From: Naegleria gruberi
Lineage: Eukaryota
Length of the DNA: 64,000 bases
Strand: one strand, 5' to 3'
Assembly (NCBI GenBank): GCA_000004985.1
Contig: GG738848.1
A program made the position numbers and the translations under genes. The notes under the pieces were generated by a model. The model had not been told where the DNA came from. It worked only from the letters and a program-made list of their open reading frames with translations, and made no database searches. This document shows positions 45,035 through 56,400 of the stretch, in pieces. Each line of letters opens with the position of its first letter. Within the stretch, counting starts at the first letter, position 1.

Positions 45035-45424
45035 TAAATTTCCAATACTCTAAAAACTCTGAGCAACATGAAATAGCTACATGTAACAAGTGAGCATAAG
45101 GGAATCCCAAGGTTCACATGCCAACATTAACATATCAACATGCACATGGTGATGAGTAATTGTGGTGAGTGGGGTTGATATGCGCCTTGCCAATGTGTCA
45201 TATACAAGATTTCTTGCGTGGTGCATTAGAAAATGGCTTCCAAAGTTTTTAAATTGGAGCTTAATGACTGTTTGAAATTCTTATTAATCTATTGCAGGTT
45301 TCAAGGACTAGAGTTTGAATTTGATGAGATTTGAATCATACTCATTCGTTATAAAGAGGAATATTGTTGTCAATTGTAATTTATTAAGAATATCGTTATT
45401 GTTACATAATCAGAAAGGTATTAT

Positions 45425-46885
45425 TTACAATCTTTCAGACCAAACACCACCAGAAAATTTAAAGCTGTCTCTTTGAACCTTTTTAGAAAAGTAAGTTCCA
45501 TAATCTTCTTCAGTTAATTCTTCACATTCACTGATTTTAGTGCACTCATTCAATAATGTTAAGGACATGAATGGAAGATCGTCCAAAAACAATGCTTCTA
45601 CTTCTTGATATTTATCAATTCTCCAATTTCCAGAGCTCTTCTTGTATGAAACTCTTGGATAACCAGCATCATAATCTTCACTTATATCACATTTCAAATA
45701 TTTGAAAGAATTATTTTCTCTCAAAACCAAATCGTACAATTCTGTATCATGATTGTATTTTGAATGCTCACCAACATCCAATGCTAATCTATAAGTACCA
45801 ACCAATTTACTTTCTGCGCCCAATTTTGAGAGAACCACGAATGCTTCTTGATCATTCAATAGAGCTGCCTCAATAACTTGTTCGTCGTGTCTCAATAACT
45901 TTGAAGCATATCTAATTGATTTACCAGTATGGGACACAGCTTTCATTACTACTTGCTTATCATCTCTCAACTCTTCACTTAACAATGACAAGTTATTACC
46001 GTCCTTCATTGCTGCCAATGCAATTTCTTTTTCCTTTCTTTGTTCGACAGGTAATAACCTGAACAAAGATGGCACAAGCTCCAACATCTTACCAATAAAG
46101 TCCACATTATTCTTTAAGGAATCATCGATAAATTGATACTTTTCACAGTCTCTACACAAAACTTGGGTTACAATTTCTTCATCAGCTGTGAAACTCTTAT
46201 CGACAAGATTAAACACATTATATCCAGAATAGTAAGTCAAATGAGCTTTCACAATATCTCTATCCATTTTCAAATATTCTGGAAAAGAGTAGCCACTACT
46301 CTTTTGAGTATGAATGATCTCTAAACATAATTCCTTCGATAAAATTCTTGGAGCTGTGTGGGCAAATAAATAGATATCTGAAGCAGCTGCTAACATTAAT
46401 AATTCATCATCCATTTTCAATCTTTCTGAAATAAATTGAAATTGTGATCCATCAGAAGAGAGAATTCTCTTTACAATTTCCTTATCATCCCTCAATTCAA
46501 GTGGAAAATGTTCAAGACTTGGACGAAGTGGAATTATTCCTTCTATAAATTCCTTATCTTCCCAAAGTTCCTTTGCTACCAAACGAAGCATGGAAATTCT
46601 CTTCTTACAAACAGCCAAAACAAATTCCTTATCATTCTTTCGTAAGGTGATCAATTTTTCTTCCGGACAATGCTTGGAGAGTGCAAGTAAGGCCAAATCA
46701 CGATCCCTCTCAAACACAACGGAAGGAATCTTATTAAAGATGTAACTTCCCATCACATTGAGGGCCATTCTAACAATATCGGCATCTTCCTTCAATTCAT
46801 CAGAAATGTTGGAAAAGACAGCATAGTTGGACTTTTGTATCGCTGCGAGAGCTGTTTCCTTATCCATTGTTGGTGTTGCTTGCAT
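45425..46885 (-). CDS. DUF4116-repeat protein (about 486 aa)
   Basis: Tool start at 46978 is GTG; first ATG (MQATPTMDKE...) is at about 46885. Tandem about 35-aa repeats: ALAAIQKSNYAVFSNISDELKEDADIVRMAL, VLAVCKKRISMLRLVAKELWEDKEFI, IALAAMKDGNNLSLLSEELRDDKQVVMKAV, ...RYASKLLRHDEQVIEAAL. Confidence 0.55.
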   Translation of the reverse strand: MQATPTMDKETALAAIQKSNYAVFSNISDELKEDADIVRMALNVMGSYIFNKIPSVVFERDRDLALLALSKHCPEEKLITLRKNDKEFVLAVCKKRISMLRLVAKELWEDKEFIEGIIPLRPSLEHFPLELRDDKEIVKRILSSDGSQFQFISERLKMDDELLMLAAASDIYLFAHTAPRILSKELCLEIIHTQKSSGYSFPEYLKMDRDIVKAHLTYYSGYNVFNLVDKSFTADEEIVTQVLCRDCEKYQFIDDSLKNNVDFIGKMLELVPSLFRLLPVEQRKEKEIALAAMKDGNNLSLLSEELRDDKQVVMKAVSHTGKSIRYASKLLRHDEQVIEAALLNDQEAFVVLSKLGAESKLVGTYRLALDVGEHSKYNHDTELYDLVLRENNSFKYLKCDISEDYDAGYPRVSYKKSSGNWRIDKYQEVEALFLDDLPFMSLTLLNECTKISECEELTEEDYGTYFSKKVQRDSFKFSGGVWSERL

Positions 46886-47315
46886 TATGGTTGGGTGCAG
46901 TGGTGTTGTTGGATTTTTTTCTAGTTTAAATAAGGGTTGTTTGGAGTTGGAGTGTACTTGTGTACTTGTGATGTGCACAGCTGTGGTTTGCGCCCTTAGT
47001 AAAAGAGTTCTCTACCAAGAACCACAGTTAATTCTTGCTCTCTCTTTTTATTTCTATTCTTGGATAGATAAAGTTGGGATGATGTTGCGCTTGTGTAGAT
47101 TAATGAACACCATTTTCTTTCAATACCATCGTTCAAGAAAGACATTTCTAACTCAATTCTGAACTTTTAGGTCAGGTTATTCAGTTGTGGTGATGATTTG
47201 AATATCGGTCAATAATTCCCTCAGATATATGTTATACAGAGTTGTTGCCATCCTATTTATAATAGGAATTAAACAAGGAGAAATAAAAGGAGTGGTAATC
47301 TTATCAAATATTAGT

Positions 47316-47480
47316 TCAACAACTGATCTTACTTCCTCTTCTGAAGTTTCTGGTTGTAATTCTTTGAACAGATCGTAAAAATGTTGATTTAGCAGAATGG
47401 GACGATCCTAGTATTAGAATCTTGTTGAGAGTTGCATCATGATGTTGTCCTCGCTTGTAAATCGATTGGAATAAACCCAT
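47316..47480 (-). pseudogene. Orphan first exon of an Arf/G-alpha-like P-loop GTPase (N-myristoylation motif + Walker A); no downstream GTPase body found
   Basis: ATG at about 47480: MGLFQSIYKRGQHHDATLNKILILGSSHSAKSTFLRSVQRI... (Gly2, beta-strand + GxxxxGKST). None of the three frames between this exon and the next gene (about 46980) contains switch, DxxG or NKxD motifs. Confidence 0.3.
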
Positions 47481-47600
47481 TTTTATGATTAATATTTTGA
47501 TTAGTAGGTGGTTTATCATAAACTTTAGTTCTACCTGGAAAATGCTATCATATTGAAAAATAGTTTAGAATATTGATTTTATAAGATCTATCTTGTTTTA

Positions 47601-48836
47601 TCAGAGTGTTGAAAGGAAAATATCAGACAACCTCTCTGAATTAATCATTGTCAAAAGTTTAGTTTGACTCTCGCTCAAATGATACAAATCATTGAAATGT
47701 TTACATTGAAACCTTTCATTTCCTACATTCAATTTGAATGTCAGAGTTGAGTTTCCATTAACTAGTCCACTCATTGCAATCATAAATTCATTAGAATTCG
47801 AAACTCTACAATTCGTCTTGTAATCTATAAATTGTCCATTCTTTGTAAAGTATACCATTCCACTTTTTGTTGAATTCAAATCCCAATAAACTCCAATCGT
47901 ATCTCCCTTCTTAATTTGTGGACCTCCAACTCTATACGAAGAGTTTCGTTGTGAGTTTCGTAATCTTTGGTCGTCCGTATGGAATGCAACACTCTCACAG
48001 AACCATCCAATATGATTTTGCAAGTCATTGTCAGCTTTACCAAATCCTAAACAAATGGTAGGATTCGAATTGTTTTCAGTTTCTAATAGTGTCACTTCAT
48101 AATAACAGGCATGATTCATTGCAGAGATTGGTAGGGAACTGTAGAGATGGAAATTTGAGGAGTCATTGTCTTGATTCTTCAGTGTGAACAAATTGCTGGA
48201 ATAGTTTGCATTCCCAATTAGTTGTGTTTCCAATAAAATCGATTGCATACATCGGACCATTGTCGACGATTCGTCCACAATATAAGTATTTACATGATGA
48301 GGATTGAGGCTTCCAAATTCTTTACTATTTAGCAAGGAAAAATTCCTCTTGGAAAATTGTTTTCTTTTTTTTAATACAAAACTAGTAATATCCCTGTTTG
48401 GTTGCATACTATTTATGGAAGAATGGTCAACCTTGTAGGTCCTCCACTGTGGAACCATTTCACTACTTGAAGAAACTTGTTGGTGTGTTGAATGATGATC
48501 AAATGTAGTTATCACATCTTCAATGGAGGAAACAAGTTGTAGATTATTTCTTGGTGAAGTTGATGATTGATTATTAGAAAGGTTTCCAATAGTATTTTCT
48601 ATGGATTGTGTTTTTAGTTGAGGCAGTTGCTGTTGCTGCTGCTGTTGTTTTGTACTGTCTGTCATGGATTCATTTAAGTTATTTTTGTCTCCACCAGCAA
48701 TCCAAAAGGCAAAGAGTGAGCTTACTATCGAGTTCATATTATTAGTGTGATGTTGTTTTTTTTGTTTCGAATAAGAGCTTGCCTCTTCGTTTTGTCTCTT
48801 GAAAAGGAAAAGACAGTCTTCATGTAGGAAATACAT
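47601..48836 (-). CDS. SPRY (B30.2-like) domain protein with N-terminal hydrophobic anchor and poly-Q tract (411 aa)
   Basis: ATG verified. C-terminal about 170 aa: YYEVTLLETENN...ICLGFGKADNDLQNHIGWFCESVAFHTDD...GPQIKKGDTIGVYWDLNSTKSGMVYFTKNGQFI...FMIAMSGLVNGNSTLTFKLN matches SPRY beta-sandwich consensus. Confidence 0.65.
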   Translation of the reverse strand: MYFLHEDCLFLFKRQNEEASSYSKQKKQHHTNNMNSIVSSLFAFWIAGGDKNNLNESMTDSTKQQQQQQQLPQLKTQSIENTIGNLSNNQSSTSPRNNLQLVSSIEDVITTFDHHSTHQQVSSSSEMVPQWRTYKVDHSSINSMQPNRDITSFVLKKRKQFSKRNFSLLNSKEFGSLNPHHVNTYIVDESSTMVRCMQSILLETQLIGNANYSSNLFTLKNQDNDSSNFHLYSSLPISAMNHACYYEVTLLETENNSNPTICLGFGKADNDLQNHIGWFCESVAFHTDDQRLRNSQRNSSYRVGGPQIKKGDTIGVYWDLNSTKSGMVYFTKNGQFIDYKTNCRVSNSNEFMIAMSGLVNGNSTLTFKLNVGNERFQCKHFNDLYHLSESQTKLLTMINSERLSDIFLSTL

Positions 48837-48923
48837 TTATTGGACGAATTGTAAACAGTGCGCTCAAACAAGACTAAAAATACACAAACAGAAGTAAACA
48901 TTACATTTGGAAAGCACATTAAT

Positions 48924-50195
48924 TTAATGATTATTTTCTGTAGATGATGGAGCAATGGTCGAAATAGTTTCCTTCTCATTCAGTCCGACATGGAGTTCTG
49001 TAGAATCACGATTGTTATTCGAATCAACTACAGTTGCAGCATTTTGTAACTTTTCCACCTTATCCTTATATTGCTTTCTGTGTGAATAGTAAATAATTTG
49101 ACAGAAAATAAAAGTATCCAAGCAAACATTCAAATGAGTTTCGGCTAACCAAGGTAATCTAGTTAATAAATATTCACCATCACTAGAAAAAAGCCAAATT
49201 GAAATAAGGTAGAATAAATTACCAAAGATTGCCAAAATGAAAAAGACCTTTGAGAGACCTTCTGTGGATTGTCTCTTAAAGTTTTTGTAAATTTGAGGCC
49301 ACCTAGAGAACATGTACATGACTGAACAAATGCAACCAATAATGAAACCAACCATGGAAATGGTAGTGTTTGGAGGAAAGACAAAATCATTATGTTTTGG
49401 AACACCTTCTTGACCCTTAACAATCATCATGTGTTCTGGTTTGAGTGATTGTAATTTTCTACCAGTATTTTGATGAACAATTTGATTGTTGAGCTCATTT
49501 CTATTGGAAAGAACAAGGAATGAAATAACAAATATAACACTTGCCAGAATGGTAATGGTTGCAACTTTCAGCTTGGACTTGCTTTGACTATTGGGTAATA
49601 GGGAAACTTGATGAGAGGCATGTGAATCCTCATGATGTTGTTCATCATCGGAAAATATGATATGTTCCTCATCAGCAGCAGCATGGGTATCATTCAATTC
49701 AATAGTATTCACAAGATTTTCATCCTTCTTCTTCTTTGAAAACCACTTCTTCCAAAATCCCATATGCAACAGTGAGTAAAAGATGTATTGTCCAATAATT
49801 ACAACATCAACCATGACAAAATAAGTAGCCACAAATATCTGTGTCATTAATTGTCCAGACAATATACAAGCAATCATATTACAAGTATCTCCTATCGTTG
49901 ATGGTATCAAAAATCCAATAGAAAGCGAACTGGCATCCTTGTTTTTAAAATTGGCTATTATTTGTGGTAAAAGTGCTAAAATCCAACAAAATAACGATAA
50001 CATTCCAATGTAGAATGAAGCCTGTTCACGAGCACTATGTACACACTCTCCAAAAACAATGTAAATCCACTTGATGTATTGTATTCCTTCGGGATCAAAT
50101 TCTAAACATGATGCTGTTTCATTCAGCACGGATGATGAATTTTCGGCTATTGTTTGTTGGAGCCATGTTAGTATTGGTTCTTCAAGATGATTCAT
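48924..50195 (-). CDS. PQ-loop repeat (cystinosin/LCT family) lysosomal-type transporter (423 aa)
   Basis: ATG verified. Two PQ-loop repeats: ...LSLFCWILALLPQIIANFKNKDASSLSIGFL... and ...YMFSRWPQIYKNFKRQSTEGLSKVFFILAIFGNLFYLISI... Seven predicted TM helices. Confidence 0.75.
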   Translation of the reverse strand: MNHLEEPILTWLQQTIAENSSSVLNETASCLEFDPEGIQYIKWIYIVFGECVHSAREQASFYIGMLSLFCWILALLPQIIANFKNKDASSLSIGFLIPSTIGDTCNMIACILSGQLMTQIFVATYFVMVDVVIIGQYIFYSLLHMGFWKKWFSKKKKDENLVNTIELNDTHAAADEEHIIFSDDEQHHEDSHASHQVSLLPNSQSKSKLKVATITILASVIFVISFLVLSNRNELNNQIVHQNTGRKLQSLKPEHMMIVKGQEGVPKHNDFVFPPNTTISMVGFIIGCICSVMYMFSRWPQIYKNFKRQSTEGLSKVFFILAIFGNLFYLISIWLFSSDGEYLLTRLPWLAETHLNVCLDTFIFCQIIYYSHRKQYKDKVEKLQNAATVVDSNNNRDSTELHVGLNEKETISTIAPSSTENNH

Positions 50196-50423
50196 TTCTT
50201 TTCAGCTACTATTAATGAAAATTTTGGGTATTGAAAATATCAGCAAATGCTCAAAGATATTTTTTTTAAAGAATTTAATGAATTGTCTCATTTTGGAAAG
50301 GTAAAAAATCAATACGGGAATTGTTGAGAGGACCTTTTTTGGAGAATGGGTTTATTTTCGTTAGCCAATTGCTTTTTTGTTAATAATTAAATAGATTTTA
50401 TATACAGATAAAAATGATTGGAT

Positions 50424-53400
50424 TTATTTATTACTACTAATTTGCATACTTAAATGTCGATAAACTTCAAATAGATGGCATGTTTTGAATTCATCTGATA
50501 ATTGTAGTAACCATTCATAATCGCCTAATTTGTTTCCTTCTTGTGATTTGGCTCCTATGGCAGGAGTGATTTCAAGCATTTGTTTGAGAGGAATTTCAGA
50601 ATCGAGAGTTTCACTTGTAAAGTAGGAGAGAAGTAATTCTTTCATGGATGAAACTAGCATTGAACAATCGTCTGGAGAGAGGATATTCTTGAATTCATCG
50701 AGTTTTTGAACTAGCTCAGCAGGTAGAACCTTCTTGTACTTGTTGGCAATGGAGGAAGATTCAATAGAAGCACCTGGTGAGAGTTCATTCTCTAAGAGGG
50801 ACCACAAGGATACCAAATGGCATAACTTGACATGGACAATGATAGTATAACTCTTGGCAAGTGTTTGCTTTGTTACTTTTGGATCTACTAGAAGAATATT
50901 TTGAAGGTAGTCAATAATTGACATCTTTTCAACTTCCTCCAAATTGTTGGAACCAGAGATTGCTTGTAAGAATGAAATACACTCTTCAATTTGTCTAATG
51001 CAAGATTGGAACAAATCGAGTGAAGTCTCTCCACCTCTTAACTCTGAAACTATAGCTTGTTTCATATCTGTTGGTAATTCAACTTGTTTAATCTTGGACT
51101 TGAGCTCAGAAACTGGTCCTCCTACTTGGCCAAATCCACTTGAATATCTAGTTTCGTTAAGGAAGGTGAAATTCTCCAATTCCAATTTGATTTTCGGTTT
51201 TCCAGAAAGGTACTTGTTAACAATAAATTGTTCCACTCTTTGATAGTCAAACTTGTAAGAATTTTGCTTGTTGGTATCTTGGTCGAGTTCTGAATCAGTA
51301 ATGACAGGCATCACCTCTTCTTCAATATTAAAACTCACAAGATGATGTTTGCTAATGAAACGGCTAGAAATTTCAATTGGAGAAGATTCAGTGGACGTCT
51401 TGTTCAATAACTTGCCAGCTCTATCAATAATATCATTGTGCTTATCGACTAGGAATTGAATGAGAGCCAATGCACAAATTCCTTCATCTTGCTCATCTGG
51501 AATAGAGAAGGAAAGAGGTGTATCCTTACTCATACTAACATTCTTACACCATGCAGGCAGAGGTAAACATTGGTATCTTTCAATATATTTCCAACTGTGA
51601 TTGAATGATTTAGCCCAACCATCAAAGATCTTTTCAATAGATGCCTTCTCAGCTCCAAGTTGGAAGTGAATTGGTGACAAGGAAAGTGATGACATGAATT
51701 CTGAAAAGACATCTCTAACAGTTCTTGTTCTAGCATAGTGACGATCGATTCTTCTCGAGAAGGTATTGGTTACCAATTTTTGCCATTTCACAACATGAGG
51801 AATATATCTTGTTGGATAGAGTAAATGTTCATTTCTAATAAAGAGGCTCAAAATTGGATACTTTCTTTCTGCCTTATCTGCAATAAAGTATGATTTGAAT
51901 TGATCATAGGTAATTGGTGGCTTGATATTCCAAATTTGACTAATTGGATCAGAAAGTGGGAGAATAGGTTGTTTCAATTCTTGAGGTGCACCAGCTGAGG
52001 AAAAGAGTAGAATATTGGTTATTACATCATTGCCCTTCTTTTGGATGGAATCAAGTTGTTTGTAGTAGAGTTGATATTTCTTTGCAGCATTTTCTGTTAT
52101 CATTGTTACACATCCATTGAAGTGAGTTTCCCATCCAGATCTTCCTGCCTTTGTAGAAATGTCACGACTTGTGTATGGAAGTTTTGGATTGGTTCGTTTC
52201 TTTGTCTCCAACTGCTTGGAAGAGTAACTAAAGAATTCCAAAATATTAAACAAGAGAACACTGGCTTTCTCTTCATTTTGTCCTCCCAACAATTCACACA
52301 GAATACTCCAATCGTTCTTGATATGCCCGAGTAAGAATTCATTGAGATTGTCAACACTTGACATGGTCTTGTGGAAAACTTGTCTGTATTCCTCTTCTCT
52401 TTCTGGGAAGATTGAATTACCAACCAGTAAGAGGGAATGAATAATAAGTCTGATAATTCTGAACGATACTGGAGAAATTTCTCTTACTGTTGCAGCCAAG
52501 TCTCTTTCCTTAAAATGCTCATAAACAGCATAGCCCGTAGGTGCAATATCCTCATCCTGTTTAATCTTGTCGTTGGAGAAGTGAGGAACATGGTCAAATC
52601 CACCAATAGGTAATCCACACTCTGGACACATTGCAAATTCAGTTGGATATCCACAAGAATCGACTACATAAACATGGTTATTTGCACACTTGTACCAGGA
52701 GACAGTGCCATTATCAATTGTATTGATGACTTGTGTTCTGGCATCATCGGTAACACTTGGTAAGTATTTGTCTTTCAATGAAGATGGGTCGAACAATAAG
52801 AGCCACCAAAATTGATCTGTTACATAATTAGATAAGGCAACAGAACAAATGTGGTGAATAACGTGGACGAGTGTCAGATTTTCCAAAGTAGTATTCTCAT
52901 TAAGGAAGAAGAAACTATCCTCATTGAATGCATTGGAGGCAAACTTGATGGTCATGTGTACTTCCTTATCATCCCTCAAGACATGTTTGAGAAGGAAATT
53001 CTTGAGTTTGGTAATATCGATTGGACATGACTGAGTATTGACTTCATCCTCGGAGGTTAAAATCTTGGTGAATTTGTCCTTGTTAGAATTTTCAGAACAA
53101 TAGGACAAGTAGCACTTATCAACTACAGCAAGATAGCACAACTTCTTCAACGAATGAATATCTATTTGTTGTCCAGTATTGATGATTGCTTCTAGGGAGG
53201 CCTTGAGTTTGATAATAGACTCAGTCTTACTGTTGTAATCTCCTTGTTGTCTGAGACTCATAATCATGTCTACACAAGAGGCTAATTCTTCCAATCCATT
53301 CAACACGTGCATGAGTACATTTTGTGGAATATTGTCAGTGTACTTGAAACCTTGCAAGAGTGAAGAGACCCAAGGGAATTGTGGAGAAGCTCTAGAACGG

Positions 53401-56400
53401 AAAGTCTTGAGCAGGAATACTCTACCCTTTCTCTCAACAACTAATCTCAAAAGAACCATTTTGAGGAAGGAAAAGTTTGGTCTCTCAAATAAAGATAATA
53501 ATTGACGAGCTATTGGGCTAGATGAAATAAAATCCCTAATGGAATCACCTCTCTCCACTACTAGAATCAGTCTCTTTGAGAAGGTAGACATGGCACATCG
53601 TATTGCTGCTAGTAAATGGACATCCTTGATAATGTCTTTCCAAGAGGCAACGTCAACAAAATTGTCAGAGACAGATTCTAAAAGTTTAGATAATTGTTCT
53701 TCTGGTATGTTTTGAAGCACGGACTCATAAATAGACAAGTAGCTGATGAGTGTGCTTTGATCCAGAGATTCTGTCTTTGGACTGAGTTCTACTTTGAAAA
53801 TTTCCTTCAACTCTTCATTAACAAGTGGCTTGGTATTCTTATTGAGTAGGAGCTTTTTGAGAATGCTAACTTTGAGGTTTTGTGTTGCCTGCTTCATTAA
53901 TTGATTGAATTTTTCATTCTCTCCCTTGATAAGACCCATCAGTGCTCCAACAAGAGGTTTTTCAATGTCATCCTCTTTTCCAATTCTCCTCACAAGGAAT
54001 TTAGCTGTGAACATTTCAAAGAATCTAGTAATGTTGGTCTTTTTTCTACTTTCATCTGATTGGTTGGTTTTGTCGTTTTGAATATTATCTCCAATCTTGT
54101 TAACCAAATCTAAAAAGTATAATATCAAATCCAAACTACTTTGAGATGACAAACTCTTGGTTTTCATATTTTGCCATAAAATCATGGATATTTCCCTTAC
54201 AATACCGAGAGGAATTGCAATTTCTTGGAGGTACTCCTTGTAGAATTGAAGTTTTTGCCATTTTTCATGAATGTATCCAATATTCTTCAACATTGAACTT
54301 CTTGGGCCACCTGTCAAGTTTATAGTAGTACTGTGAATGAGAGTGATGAGTACTTCTACTGGGCTCTTAATATCTGTCAGTGTTTTGACCCAAATATTTC
54401 TTCTCTGGTTTGCAACAGTAATATCATGAGAGGTTTCAATATTTCTTGGATCCAAGTTATGATAAATAACACTAAAGAGCAGCATGTCAATCTCTTCAAT
54501 GGAAGATATTCTCAATGAAGGAACAAGAAGTTTTTGAAGGAACTTTCTCTGAAGAACAGACTTTGGGAAGGTTTCAAACAAGACATAATATGATTGAAGT
54601 CTTCTCTCCTGTCTCCAATAGAATGAAAGTATTTTAGCAATATTTGATCCTTCAGAAGGGTCTGCATCTAACATCTTTTTGATAATCTCATATTGTACCT
54701 CATTAGTTAACACTGTACACTGAACACCACAGATACACATGTAATCATAGAGGAAAAATTCAGAATATTCTCTTGGCAAGTTGTTCATGAAAGGATAGAT
54801 CATGTCAATATGCTTTTGTAAGGCCTCATAAACTCCCAATCTAGAACTTTCACATACACTTCTCCAGCTATGTAGATTTCTACAAACTTCGTAACTGAAA
54901 GGATATCTTGCTTGGAAAATTCTATTGTTATTACCATCACTCTTGACTTCTATTGGTTTCCATCTGAGTAGCTCAGCCATCGAAGATATTGTCTGTTCAT
55001 TTCGTGTTAACATGTGATTCACTGAAGGTCTCTTCAGGTCATCCAAAAGTTTAATCCACAAGTTTGTGCCTTCAGTTCTGTTGGTACTCTTGTATTCAAA
55101 GAAGAGTCTCAAATTGTCGTTTCTATCAATTTCAGCCAAAAGGAATGTAAATGATTTGATTAATATTCTCTCGACACAGTATTGAATAGCTGAGTGGTAT
55201 GTATTCACAACAAGGAAGTATTCGTTAATGTGGTTGGCTACATAGGTTGAGTAGAAGTTAATTTGATTTTGAGAAAAGTAGTCATGACAAATCTCCAAAA
55301 CCTTCTTGTTAATAACTTTCCAACATTCATCAGAATCAATGAGTTCGTTTGTTCTTGAAATTAAAAGAGTAATGTCATTAATTTTGGTATTGAATTTTCT
55401 TAGCATTGCCAGAGAGGTACGGAAGTTACTCTTAATAACTTGTCTCACATTAGTAGTTTGAATTTGTTCGGTGAATGGTCTGTTCAAAATTTCATAAATT
55501 GTAGTTTCTGTTGGTCTTATTTCATCAATAAATGCAAACTTCCATGGAATGTCAAATTCAATCAAGTGCTGACTGTTAATTGATTTTCCTGGAACAACAT
55601 TGATTAAGAGTAAAATGTTCTTTCCGACACTCTCACTAGGTGAGATACACTTTCTGTGCTTTTGGATTATAAACTTGGTTTGGTTCAAAAGGTCCAAATT
55701 CATATTTTCACATTGCAAAACAAGCAAGTGTTGTCCATTTGCTGAGGTAATTTTCTTTCCAAAGAATTGTTTTACAAGCTCTATTAATTCCATCTCTGAT
55801 TTGAGCTCAGCCATAGAAACAACAGAATGGTATTCTATGCTTGCTCCAATCTCTCTGGATGCCTGAATCAAGTTATCAATATTAATAGATACAGATGAAT
55901 AGGTAAGTAAACAAAGTTGGAAATATCCATAATAAATTAAGGAATTTGAAGACAGACCATTTTGAGATTGCTCTTGCAAAGAACCGAGCAAGAAATGAAG
56001 TAAATGAGGAAGGTCTCTGTGCTCTTGCTTTTCAAAATATGTTTTCAGATATTCCCTTGTTCTACTATTGTTGATAGAGGACATTCTAACCACAGCATCT
56101 GCAGTTGTAATCCACAATAGAGCATTCTTACAAATATCCAACAAGTAGTCATGGAGAGAAGGATCCTCAATTTGCTTGGTATCTAGTGATAAAACAAGCG
56201 ATTGAAGGAGTGATTTGTGAGTATTAACAAATGGTTTTTCATCATCACCAAAGGTTGTCTTGACCCACGATTGCAATCTACTGCACAAGTTCTTTACATT
56301 AACAGAGGCAGATTTGTCAAAGAGATCATCTCTGTGAAGTGTTTGCTTCTCAAATCTGTTGAGGAGTGGCTTGGCAAGTCGTGAGTAGGCATCGTCCTGA

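Noticed and set aside
47316-47480. Calling the P-loop fragment an intact Arf or G-alpha gene
   Set aside because: No downstream exons with switch, DxxG or NKxD motifs exist in any frame before the next gene.
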